Source: Anaerolineales bacterium UBA3001
Lineage (GTDB): Bacteria > Chloroflexota > Anaerolineae > Anaerolineales > UBA11657
DNA: 50,794 nucleotides
Direction: 5' to 3'
NCBI GenBank assembly: GCA_002346435.1
Contig: DDZT01000049.1
Coordinates: 9,341-60,134 of the forward strand
Shown here: positions 1-10,591 of the stretch, piece after piece
Position numbering within the stretch: position 1 is the first letter of the stretch
How the letters are laid out: every line of letters starts with the position of its first letter
Translations under genes and position numbers: made by a program
The notes under the pieces: model-generated
Databases searched by the model: none
What the model saw: only the letters and a program-made list of their open reading frames with translations
What the model was told of the DNA's origin: nothing

Positions 1-10
1 ATATAACAAA

Positions 11-850
11 ATGGCTGTTAAGTCTATGGACATGAATCAGTTTAAACTTCGCGTACTTGACCTAAATCAGGTACTGCCTCACGAGCACTATGATAATAAA
101 CGTGTGGCAAAATTATCTGACTCTTTGCAAAAAGCAAATATCCTCAGAAATCCTCCAGTAGCTACTGAATGGAAGGATAAATACGTATTATTAGATGGAG
201 CTACAAGGGCAAGTGCACTTAAGAAGCTAGATTATCAACATATCGTAGTGCAGTTAGTAAAACAAGATTCTCTAGGTACAACCATTCCAACATGGAACCA
301 CATTATATGCAATATCGATCTGGATAGTTTGTTTGCTTGTATACAACATATTCCCGGTGGGAAGTTACGGATTTTACATGGTGATACGGTAGAACCAAAC
401 ACAAATTCCCACAAAACACTATTTACCATAGTAGACAGTGACAAAAAAATGTATATAGTGCAAACATTTCAGAAAAACTCTCACAAACACTTAGATTTGT
501 CTAACGCTGTAAATGCCTATACTAAACTAACTAATGTCATTCGTACTCTTGATTCAAATGTTGAAATTATACAAAACAATTTTCAGCATTTTTCCGCTTT
601 AATTAAATTTCCTCCGTTTACAATTCAAGAAATTCTTGATTCAGCAATAAACTACAAATTGTTGCCAGCTGGTGTAACACGCTTCTTGATTACAAACCGC
701 GTAATAGGTATAAATATTCCGCTAAATATTCTGTTCTCTAATAAGTCCTTAAATCAAAAGAATAAATGGCTAAACGAAACCATCACAGAGAAGTATCACC
801 AGAATAAAGTGCGCCATTACACCGAGCCTGTAATTGTTGTTGAAGACTAG
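11..850 (+). CDS. ParB/Srx-fold protein, SbnI/SerK-like free L-serine kinase
   Basis: PHE...LRNPP...LLDGATR ParB/Srx core, then TWNH, LPAGVTRF...GINIPL and VRHYTEPVIVVE, matching the layout of SbnI as I recall it. Confidence 0.7.
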   Translation: MAVKSMDMNQFKLRVLDLNQVLPHEHYDNKRVAKLSDSLQKANILRNPPVATEWKDKYVLLDGATRASALKKLDYQHIVVQLVKQDSLGTTIPTWNHIICNIDLDSLFACIQHIPGGKLRILHGDTVEPNTNSHKTLFTIVDSDKKMYIVQTFQKNSHKHLDLSNAVNAYTKLTNVIRTLDSNVEIIQNNFQHFSALIKFPPFTIQEILDSAINYKLLPAGVTRFLITNRVIGINIPLNILFSNKSLNQKNKWLNETITEKYHQNKVRHYTEPVIVVED

Positions 851-856
851 ACTATT

Positions 857-1360
857 GTGTTTCCTATACTCCTAGGGTTAGGCTCTAATTTGGGCGACCG
901 TTTCAATAATTTAAACTCTGCTATAGAAGCTTTGACACCAGAAATAATGGTGCAAACAATATCGCCAACATACGAAACTCAACCACTATATGTAACTCAA
1001 CAACCTGATTTTCTAAACTTGTTGGTTAGAGCCAACACCACGCTTTCACCAACAAATCTACTAGTGTCAATCAAAACTTTAGAAACTGAATTGGGAAGAA
1101 AACCCTCAGTACGTTTTGGGCCTCGCGTTATTGATGTTGACATCATAGATTACAACTCGCAAATCTTAAACTTAGAGAATTTGATAACACCACACCCAAG
1201 AATGCATGAGCGTCTCTTTGTGCTAAAACCATTGATTGATATCGTCCCAAACTGGATACATCCACGTACTGGCAAAACAGTTCAACAATTAATTGAGAGT
1301 GTGTCTAATCCTGGACTCGTTAAGCAATACTCACATTCTGCATCAAACAAATCAACCTAA
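857..1360 (+). CDS. folK: 2-amino-4-hydroxy-6-hydroxymethyldihydropteridine diphosphokinase (HPPK)
   Basis: LGLGSNLGDR, QPDFLN, FGPRVIDVDII, PHPRMHERLFVLKPL; GTG start. Confidence 0.96.
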   Translation: MFPILLGLGSNLGDRFNNLNSAIEALTPEIMVQTISPTYETQPLYVTQQPDFLNLLVRANTTLSPTNLLVSIKTLETELGRKPSVRFGPRVIDVDIIDYNSQILNLENLITPHPRMHERLFVLKPLIDIVPNWIHPRTGKTVQQLIESVSNPGLVKQYSHSASNKST

Positions 1361-2712
1361 TGAACTATCATTCCGCGATCAATTACCTAAACAAATATAT
1401 AAACTTTGAAATCAAACCTGCTACTGCTTATGCACCTGAAAAATTCAACCTACGTCGTGTCCAAGACCTTCTTAAGGTAATTGGTTCTCCACATTTACAA
1501 TACCCTAGTGTACATATAGCAGGCACTAAAGGTAAAGGTTCCGTAGCTGCCATGACCGAATCAGTGATTAGATCCACTTGTCATGTGACAGGACTGTTTA
1601 CGTCACCACATTTACAAGATCTGCGAGAACGTATACAAGTTAACGGCGAGATTATTAGCAAGCAATCTTTTGCCAAGTTGCTGTATGATCTACGACCTGC
1701 AATCGAATCTGCAGCAAACATTACTTATTTTGAAATCATGACAATATTAGCAATGGAATATTTTGCTCGCCAGAATGTTGATATAGCAATTCTCGAAGTA
1801 GGCTTAGGAGGCAGATTAGATGCAACAAACGTTGTAACACCAAAGGTATGTGCAATCACAACAATAAGTTATGATCACATGGATATATTAGGAAATACAA
1901 TCATGGACATTGCTGCTGAGAAGGCTGGAATAATCAAATCAGGAGTACCAATTGTATCTGGACCTCAATTAGATTCAGCCCTAACTGTTCTCAATCAACA
2001 TGCATCCGCACTAAACGCTCCTTTCATTGAAACAACAAAAGAGTGGGAATGGAAACAGATTACCAGCAACTTATCAGGCCAGCTTTTCTCGATTTGGCGG
2101 GTTGGCAATAAACAAAACAAGGTCAGACAAAGAATTCCATTGTTAGGCAAACATCAAATTGAAAATGTAACTGTAGTTATGTCCATAATAGAGCAGCTCT
2201 GTCAACAGGGTTGGAATATACCTAAAAGCGCTATAAAAAAAGGTCTGGATCGAGTGAATTGGCCTGCACGCTGTGAAGTCCTTCAAACAACACCACCTAT
2301 ACTTGTTGATTCAGCACATAATCGAGCTTCAGTATTACAATTGACTAAAGTACTAGACGATTTGTTTCCTGAACATAATAGGGTGTTGGTTTTTGGTGCA
2401 ATGAGTGACAAGGATATTACAGGCATGTTTGCTGAGCTTCTGCCATATTGTAGTCACACAGTCCTAACCTCAACTTGCATGCCACGGTCAATGATGCCTG
2501 AACAACTAGAAACTATAGCTGCAGATTATGGATGTGCTACTACCTTAGCTAGCAATACTGAAAGTGCACTTAATGATGCTTCAAAATTGGCTGGAAATGA
2601 CGGGATAATAGTAGTGGCGGGAAGTGTCGCTATAGCGGCCAGTATAAGATCTTTAATAACACAAAAGTACCCTTATGCTACACTTTCATCTGAGCAATCT
2701 TATGAAAAATAA
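1360..2712 (+). CDS. folC: Folylpolyglutamate synthase/dihydrofolate synthase
   Basis: HIAGTKGKGS, FTSPHL, EVGLGGRLDATNV, DSAHN; start overlaps the folK stop. Confidence 0.96.
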   Translation: MNYHSAINYLNKYINFEIKPATAYAPEKFNLRRVQDLLKVIGSPHLQYPSVHIAGTKGKGSVAAMTESVIRSTCHVTGLFTSPHLQDLRERIQVNGEIISKQSFAKLLYDLRPAIESAANITYFEIMTILAMEYFARQNVDIAILEVGLGGRLDATNVVTPKVCAITTISYDHMDILGNTIMDIAAEKAGIIKSGVPIVSGPQLDSALTVLNQHASALNAPFIETTKEWEWKQITSNLSGQLFSIWRVGNKQNKVRQRIPLLGKHQIENVTVVMSIIEQLCQQGWNIPKSAIKKGLDRVNWPARCEVLQTTPPILVDSAHNRASVLQLTKVLDDLFPEHNRVLVFGAMSDKDITGMFAELLPYCSHTVLTSTCMPRSMMPEQLETIAADYGCATTLASNTESALNDASKLAGNDGIIVVAGSVAIAASIRSLITQKYPYATLSSEQSYEK

Positions 2713-3151
2713 CCTTCGAAAAATTGTACGCAAAAGGAATGGTGAAAGAACAACTTGGCTCATATATCTCTTGGTGCTTCTCGGATCATTAGACGCTTTT
2801 TACCTAACTTGGACCAAATTAGTTGGTATGAACGCTCTTTGTCTAGGAGCAGGCAAATGTGACGTAGTAAATGCAAGCAGTTACTCTACTATATCCGGTA
2901 TACCTATTGCCGCTTTAGGTCTAGCTATGTACCTGCTGATTGGCGGGATCACCCTATTGGAGCGTTTTAATCAGCATTTACGGGAGATATTGCGACTAGC
3001 AGTTTTTGGTGTATCTCTATTTGGATTCATCTACTCTATGTGGCTAACTTACGTAGCAGTTGTCATAATAGAGGAAATTTGTGTCTGGTGTGTAGTTTCT
3101 GCAATACTTGTATCTACTATATTTTTTACGTCTATATTTCGACTACGTTAG
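2702..3151 (+). CDS. Vitamin K epoxide reductase (VKOR) family disulfide-formation membrane protein
   Basis: Four TM helices, loop cysteines (LCLGAGKCDVVNASSYS), CxxC (ICVWC); ATG 2702 preferred over 2675. Confidence 0.9.
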   Translation: MKNNLRKIVRKRNGERTTWLIYLLVLLGSLDAFYLTWTKLVGMNALCLGAGKCDVVNASSYSTISGIPIAALGLAMYLLIGGITLLERFNQHLREILRLAVFGVSLFGFIYSMWLTYVAVVIIEEICVWCVVSAILVSTIFFTSIFRLR

Positions 3152-3197
3152 CTGCAATAACACAAAATTTTTTAAGCATACCTTAACAATATATTAG

Positions 3198-3908
3198 TTA
3201 GTCGTTTGGACGTCCCTCTAGGGTTCGACGCAAAATGTCCTCTTGTGTGCCACTTGATTCCTTCTTGTTTCTTTGTGGTTTGTCTTGTTTTTCTTCAGCT
3301 TCGGGTTCCATTGCGGCACGCAATGCTAGCTCCATTGCAGTTGGAACAGGATCATCATCACCTTCACTGTCCATAAATTGCTGCTCCAGAGTACGCATAC
3401 TAAGATTAATTTGCCGCTTCTTCCTATTGATTCCAACCAGCTGGACTTCTACTTCCTCCCCAATTGATAAAATCTCTTCGGGATGCTCCAAACGCCCCGT
3501 GGTAATCTCACGAACATGTACTAAACCAGGACGTTCCGCGCCAATATCAACAAATGCTCCAAACCTCTCCAATCTGGTGACATTGCCTATATATGTCTCA
3601 CCTGACTTCAGATCATTCCATTCTAACGCAAGTGGTTCTTTAAGTGTTAAAGATATCTGACCCGTGCCTTCATCTGTTTTCTTCACCCAAACAGTAATTT
3701 TCTGGCCAACATCTAAATCTTGTTTATTAACCCCATCGTTATATTTCTTAATCTCAGATATATGCAATAATCCATCATGGTCAACCCCAACGTCCACAAG
3801 CACGCCAAAAATCTCCGTGCTCTTTACAACACCTTCTAGACGCATTTTACTTTCAATTTCACCAATTGTCTTAGGGTCAGCAATGGTATCTTTATTATCT
3901 TCAGGCAC
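3198..3908 (-). CDS. S1 RNA-binding protein with two S1 domains (short S1 paralogue)
   Basis: FGVLVDVGVDHDGLLHISEI and FGAFVDIGAERPGLVHVREI; charged C-terminal tail. Confidence 0.9.
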   Translation of the reverse strand: MPEDNKDTIADPKTIGEIESKMRLEGVVKSTEIFGVLVDVGVDHDGLLHISEIKKYNDGVNKQDLDVGQKITVWVKKTDEGTGQISLTLKEPLALEWNDLKSGETYIGNVTRLERFGAFVDIGAERPGLVHVREITTGRLEHPEEILSIGEEVEVQLVGINRKKRQINLSMRTLEQQFMDSEGDDDPVPTAMELALRAAMEPEAEEKQDKPQRNKKESSGTQEDILRRTLEGRPND

Positions 3909-4053
3909 TGTTCAAATAATCTCTCTATGGGAATTTCTGAAACTTATAATCTCGAGGCACCTCTATGCATAGCAACAAAATAAATCATGCATATGTAATT
4001 TTACAAAGCTTATTTAATAAGCCAGTCTTCATACAAGCCTAGCGTACGCGCAA

Positions 4054-4082
4054 ATTATACTTAGCTAGTCTAGCATTGTCAA
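4054..4082 (-). promoter_or_regulatory. Consensus sigma70/sigmaA promoter of the short S1 gene
   Basis: Minus strand TTGACA (4082-4077), 17 nt spacer, TATAAT (4059-4054). Confidence 0.85.
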
Positions 4083-4170
4083 ACTAACAAATGGTATGGA
4101 AACAAGGTATAATCTCGGTCGAGCAACTGTCTTGTATGACAGTTCAAATGTTAATCTGGAGAGACTGGAT

Positions 4171-6169
<1,999 letters not shown>

Positions 6170-6172
6170 TGC

Positions 6173-7612
6173 TTGCTTACAATTGCAATGAATTCTGATA
6201 CAAAAATACAATTTGGTACTGACGGGTGGCGTGGTCAAATTGCCAATGATTACACGTTTGACAACGTCAGACGATGCGCACAAGGATATGCTATCCATAT
6301 GCTTGAGCAAGGACATGCAGGCGAATCTATAGTGGTAGGATATGACAAACGCTATGCATCAGAACATTTCGCTAGAGCAGTAGCTGAAGTTCTATCCGCA
6401 AACAAATTAAATGTATGGTTAACCAATACTGCTACTCCAACCCCAGTAATAGCTTATGCGGTTTTAGAAAAACAAGCAGTGGGTGCTATTAACATAACAG
6501 CATCCCACAATCCGCCTACCGACAATGGATTTAAAGTGCGAGACCATACAGGAGGAGCGATTGCTCCTGATGGATTAAAAAATATTGAATCGCACATTCC
6601 ATCCATCAGTGCAGTAAAAAGCACTATCACATCCAATACACAACAGCTAATTCAGGTGTTCGACCCAGCACCTGCATATGAAGAGCATTTACATGAAATG
6701 GTTGATATAGATGCTCTTAGGAATGCAGGATTTAATATAACAGTAGATGCTATGTGGGGAAATGGAGCTGGTTGGTTTACTCGGCTGCTAAATGGAGGTA
6801 ACACCACAATAAAAGAAATTCACAACATTCGTAACCCTATTTTCCCAGAAATGAGTAGGCCCGAACCTATACCACCCAACATTGATGCGGGACTGCAAAC
6901 AGCTATAGAAAATGGTGCGGATATCTGTCTTATTACTGATGGAGATGCGGACCGTTTAGGAGTTGGTGATGAAAACGGGGACTTTATTAACCAGTTACGT
7001 GTGTTCGGATTGCTAGCATTCTACCTGCTAGAGGTTAGAGGAGCACATGGGCCTATAGTGAAAACAATTTCAACAACGTCGCTGCTAAACAAGTTGGGTC
7101 AAATATACAACGTGCCGGTACATGAAACAGGAGTCGGATTCAAATTTGTAGCGCCTAAAATGACTGAGACCAATGCGATAATAGGCGGTGAAGAATCAGG
7201 CGGTTTCGCATTTCAAAACCATGTTCCTGAAAGAGATGGAATTCTTGCAGGACTATACATATTAGACCTTATGAGATTGCTAGATCAAAAACCATCTCAA
7301 CTGCTAGGAACACTCTTTTCGAAAACAGGGACCGAATCTCACTACGATAGAATTGATAGTGCTTTCCCAAGCGATCAAAAAGAAAAAATTATAGCTAGGG
7401 TCCACAGCGCCAATCCATCTGAAATTGGTGGTCTTACCCTAATAGACGTAGACACAACTGATGGATTCAAATTTAATCTAGAAGGTGGCGATTGGCTTCT
7501 AATTCGATTTTCTGGAACCGAGCCTATAATAAGAGTTTATTGTGAAACTACAGACGCTAATAGAGTACAGCAAATTCTCCAAGATGGCCTTAGTATCGCA
7601 GGTTTGTCATAA
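6173..7612 (+). CDS. Phosphoglucomutase/phosphomannomutase family
   Basis: FGTDGWRG, TASHNP, DGDADR, GGEESGG, RFSGTEP; alternative start ATG 6188. Confidence 0.94.
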   Translation: MLTIAMNSDTKIQFGTDGWRGQIANDYTFDNVRRCAQGYAIHMLEQGHAGESIVVGYDKRYASEHFARAVAEVLSANKLNVWLTNTATPTPVIAYAVLEKQAVGAINITASHNPPTDNGFKVRDHTGGAIAPDGLKNIESHIPSISAVKSTITSNTQQLIQVFDPAPAYEEHLHEMVDIDALRNAGFNITVDAMWGNGAGWFTRLLNGGNTTIKEIHNIRNPIFPEMSRPEPIPPNIDAGLQTAIENGADICLITDGDADRLGVGDENGDFINQLRVFGLLAFYLLEVRGAHGPIVKTISTTSLLNKLGQIYNVPVHETGVGFKFVAPKMTETNAIIGGEESGGFAFQNHVPERDGILAGLYILDLMRLLDQKPSQLLGTLFSKTGTESHYDRIDSAFPSDQKEKIIARVHSANPSEIGGLTLIDVDTTDGFKFNLEGGDWLLIRFSGTEPIIRVYCETTDANRVQQILQDGLSIAGLS

Positions 7613-7624
7613 CACGGTCCTGTT

Positions 7625-8422
7625 TTGTTTATAGATACGCATTGTCACCTCGATTTCCAGATATTTGATAAGGACAGACATCAAATATTGGAGAGAGCTG
7701 CCCAACACAAGGTAACCAGGATAATAAATCCAGGCACAAATATTGAAACCAGTAAAGCCGCCTTACAAATGTCTACCCAATTTACCTTAGTATCTGCAGC
7801 TGTAGGTATTCACCCTAATGAGGATTTGGATTTGGACAAATCAACATTGCAGAAGTTACGCACACTATCAAATCACCCAAATGTTGTAGCAATTGGCGAA
7901 ATAGGTTTAGATTATTTTAGGAACATCACGCCGCCAGACAAGCAGAAACACCGATTTAGAGTACAGCTTGATCTAGCATCGGAACTAGGTCTTCCTGTAA
8001 TTGTACATTGTCGCGATGCTTATGAAGACGCTATAAACATCATAAGTGAGTGGCAGTCATCTATGGGATCCAAATCAAATCCTGGCGTGTTTCATTCATT
8101 TAGTGGGCTAGAAACACATATGAACACTATAGTAGATAAGGGTTTCTACATAGGTGTCACAGGATCAATAACCTTCAACAAATCGTATAATTTAAGAGAT
8201 ATAGTATCGGGTTTGCCATTGACTAAAATACTAATAGAGACTGATGCGCCATTTTTGTCTCCACAACCTAATAGAGGCAAAAGAAATGAGCCAGCATTTG
8301 TGCGATGGGTAGCAGATAAAATCGCTGAGATCAAATCAGTGACAGTCGATGAGGTGGCAAACTCCAGTACACATAATGCACTAACACTTTTCGATTGGAA
8401 CAATCAATATGTACAAACATAA
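7625..8422 (+). CDS. tatD: TatD family DNase
   Basis: DTHCHL, GIHP, GEIGLDY, VHCRDA, FHSFSG, ETDAPFL, RNEPA. Confidence 0.93.
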   Translation: MFIDTHCHLDFQIFDKDRHQILERAAQHKVTRIINPGTNIETSKAALQMSTQFTLVSAAVGIHPNEDLDLDKSTLQKLRTLSNHPNVVAIGEIGLDYFRNITPPDKQKHRFRVQLDLASELGLPVIVHCRDAYEDAINIISEWQSSMGSKSNPGVFHSFSGLETHMNTIVDKGFYIGVTGSITFNKSYNLRDIVSGLPLTKILIETDAPFLSPQPNRGKRNEPAFVRWVADKIAEIKSVTVDEVANSSTHNALTLFDWNNQYVQT

Positions 8423-9398
8423 AACAACATTAGAAGATATTTCAAAACTCTTGGAACCGGTAGGTCAACAGTTGACCTCAACAGAAAATCGTCTTAGGGA
8501 AACCTTTAGGAATCAACATGATGTGCTCACTGAAGCAACTGAACACCTTCTTGATTCAGGAGGTAAACGTGTTAGACCAATAGTCGCCTTGCTCAGTGCT
8601 AGCATGTTTAAAGCTAATCAACAACACGCTGTTTCTCTAGCAGCTGCTGTAGAAATGCTACATACCGCGACTTTGGTACATGACGACCTGATAGATGGTT
8701 CTTTAATGCGTCGTGGAATTAAGACACTTAACGCAGATTTATCTTCTGAAGTCACAATTCTCACTGGAGACTACTTGTTTGCCAGAGCCGCAAGCTTTGC
8801 AGCTCAAACTCAAAGCGTACGAGTAATGAACCTTTTTGCTGAGACATTAATGACTATAGTAAACGGTGAAATCAAACAAAGCTTCGCAAACGAAAACACG
8901 ACAAATCGGCAAAACTACTTTCAGAGAATACAAGCAAAGACCGCTTCAATGTTTGCGTTAGCCGCTGAGGCCGGAGCTATACTGGGCACTCAAGACGAGA
9001 AAGCAATTGATGCAATGCGGCATTATGGTGTCCATACAGGTATAGCATTTCAAATTGTTGATGACATTCTAGACTTTGTTGGTACCTCAGAAGACATAGG
9101 CAAACCAGTAGGACATGACTTGCTGCAGGGATTGCTTACATTGCCTGCGCTATACTATATTGAAGACAATCCTGGTAACTCCGATGTAGCTTCTTTACAA
9201 AATGGACATAACAAGGATCAAGATTTATACAAACGTATTATTCAATCTATAAGCTCGTCTTCAGCAATTGACTCTTCTTTTGCTGAGGCACGTCAATATG
9301 TAGAAAATGCAAAGTCGGCTCTCGAAAAGCTGCCTCAATGCAAGTGTTTGGATGCATTGCATACTATCGCAGACTATGTAGTAGAAAGAAAGTTCTGA
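8409..9398 (+). CDS. trans-Polyprenyl diphosphate synthase (HepT/IspB-like)
   Basis: GGKRVRP, LVHDDLID..MRRG, KTA, FQIVDDILD, GKPVGHDL. Confidence 0.93.
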   Translation: MYKHKTTLEDISKLLEPVGQQLTSTENRLRETFRNQHDVLTEATEHLLDSGGKRVRPIVALLSASMFKANQQHAVSLAAAVEMLHTATLVHDDLIDGSLMRRGIKTLNADLSSEVTILTGDYLFARAASFAAQTQSVRVMNLFAETLMTIVNGEIKQSFANENTTNRQNYFQRIQAKTASMFALAAEAGAILGTQDEKAIDAMRHYGVHTGIAFQIVDDILDFVGTSEDIGKPVGHDLLQGLLTLPALYYIEDNPGNSDVASLQNGHNKDQDLYKRIIQSISSSSAIDSSFAEARQYVENAKSALEKLPQCKCLDALHTIADYVVERKF

Positions 9399-9425
9399 CT
9401 TTACAAAAACGAACACTACAACACA

Positions 9426-10583
9426 ATGAACATAGGTATTGTAACCGGTGAATATCCTCCTATGAAGGGAGGAGTAGGTGATTACACACGCAATCTAGCA
9501 CTACACCTAACGACAGCAGGTCACAAAGTTCAGATAATTACCGATCAACGCTGTATACACCCTAACAACAACGATGATGAGCACAAAATTATAGCTAACA
9601 TTTCTAAACGCTGGAGTTGGTTAGATCTTTGGAGAATTCGAACTGCAACTTCGGGACTAGATGTTTTGTGTATCCAATACCAAGCTGCCGCCTATGGTTC
9701 CATGAGTCCACCGATTCATTTTCTGCCTTACCTCACAGTCCCTCCAACAATAACAACTTTTCATGACCTTAAACAACCTTATCTCTTTCCAAAGGCTGGT
9801 GGTTTGCGAAAGCGTGCTATTTGGCAAATGGCTCGCTGGTCGGATGGAGTTATAACCACAAACTCAGAAGATTATCGTGTTTGCACAAAAACACTGCAAA
9901 AAACACAAATAGTGGAAATACCTATAGGAAGCAATATTCCCTACAACCCCATTGAACAATCGTCTAGCATTGACATACGTACGCAATACGGAATTGCTGA
10001 GGACGAATTAGTCATAGGATACTTCGGTCTAATGAATAAAAGCAAAGGTGGCAAAACATTAATAAAAGCACTTGCTTCATTACACTCTAATAACATACCA
10101 ACTCGTCTCCTTCTAATAGGCGAACTAACTGGCAGTACTGATGCTAGTAATACAAATTACTACTCAGAGGTGAATAACCTAGCACATGATCTAGGTGTAG
10201 CAAAACACATTGTAAAAACTGGTTACCTCAATCAATCAAACACATCAGCTGCGTTATTAAGCTGTGATCTAATGGTACTACCGTTTATAGACGGAGCTTC
10301 TTTTCGTCATGGCTCACTTCTTGCTTGCCTTACTCATGGATGCCCAACTATAACTACTGAGTCCAAATCAGAGGATGAACGCTTACAACATGGAACCAAC
10401 ATAATGCTTGTTCCACCCGAAGACCCATCATCCATAGTAGAAGCAATTAGAATTTTGCGCGAAAATACCATGCTAGGGGTAACAATAGGCCAAGCAGCTA
10501 TGTCACTATCTAAAGATTTCGAATGGCAAAATATAACTAACCGAACAACTAAATTTTTTGACGACGTTTTGATGAAACACTGA
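9426..10583 (+). CDS. Glycosyltransferase family 4
   Basis: EYPPMKGGVGDYT, TTFHD, SKGGKTL, LPFIDGASFRHGSLLA. Confidence 0.9.
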   Translation: MNIGIVTGEYPPMKGGVGDYTRNLALHLTTAGHKVQIITDQRCIHPNNNDDEHKIIANISKRWSWLDLWRIRTATSGLDVLCIQYQAAAYGSMSPPIHFLPYLTVPPTITTFHDLKQPYLFPKAGGLRKRAIWQMARWSDGVITTNSEDYRVCTKTLQKTQIVEIPIGSNIPYNPIEQSSSIDIRTQYGIAEDELVIGYFGLMNKSKGGKTLIKALASLHSNNIPTRLLLIGELTGSTDASNTNYYSEVNNLAHDLGVAKHIVKTGYLNQSNTSAALLSCDLMVLPFIDGASFRHGSLLACLTHGCPTITTESKSEDERLQHGTNIMLVPPEDPSSIVEAIRILRENTMLGVTIGQAAMSLSKDFEWQNITNRTTKFFDDVLMKH

Positions 10584-10591
10584 TACCAGAA

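Noticed and set aside
11-850. Chromosome-partitioning ParB
   Set aside because: No HTH or dimerisation region, no parA downstream in the window, and the C-terminus is SbnI-like.
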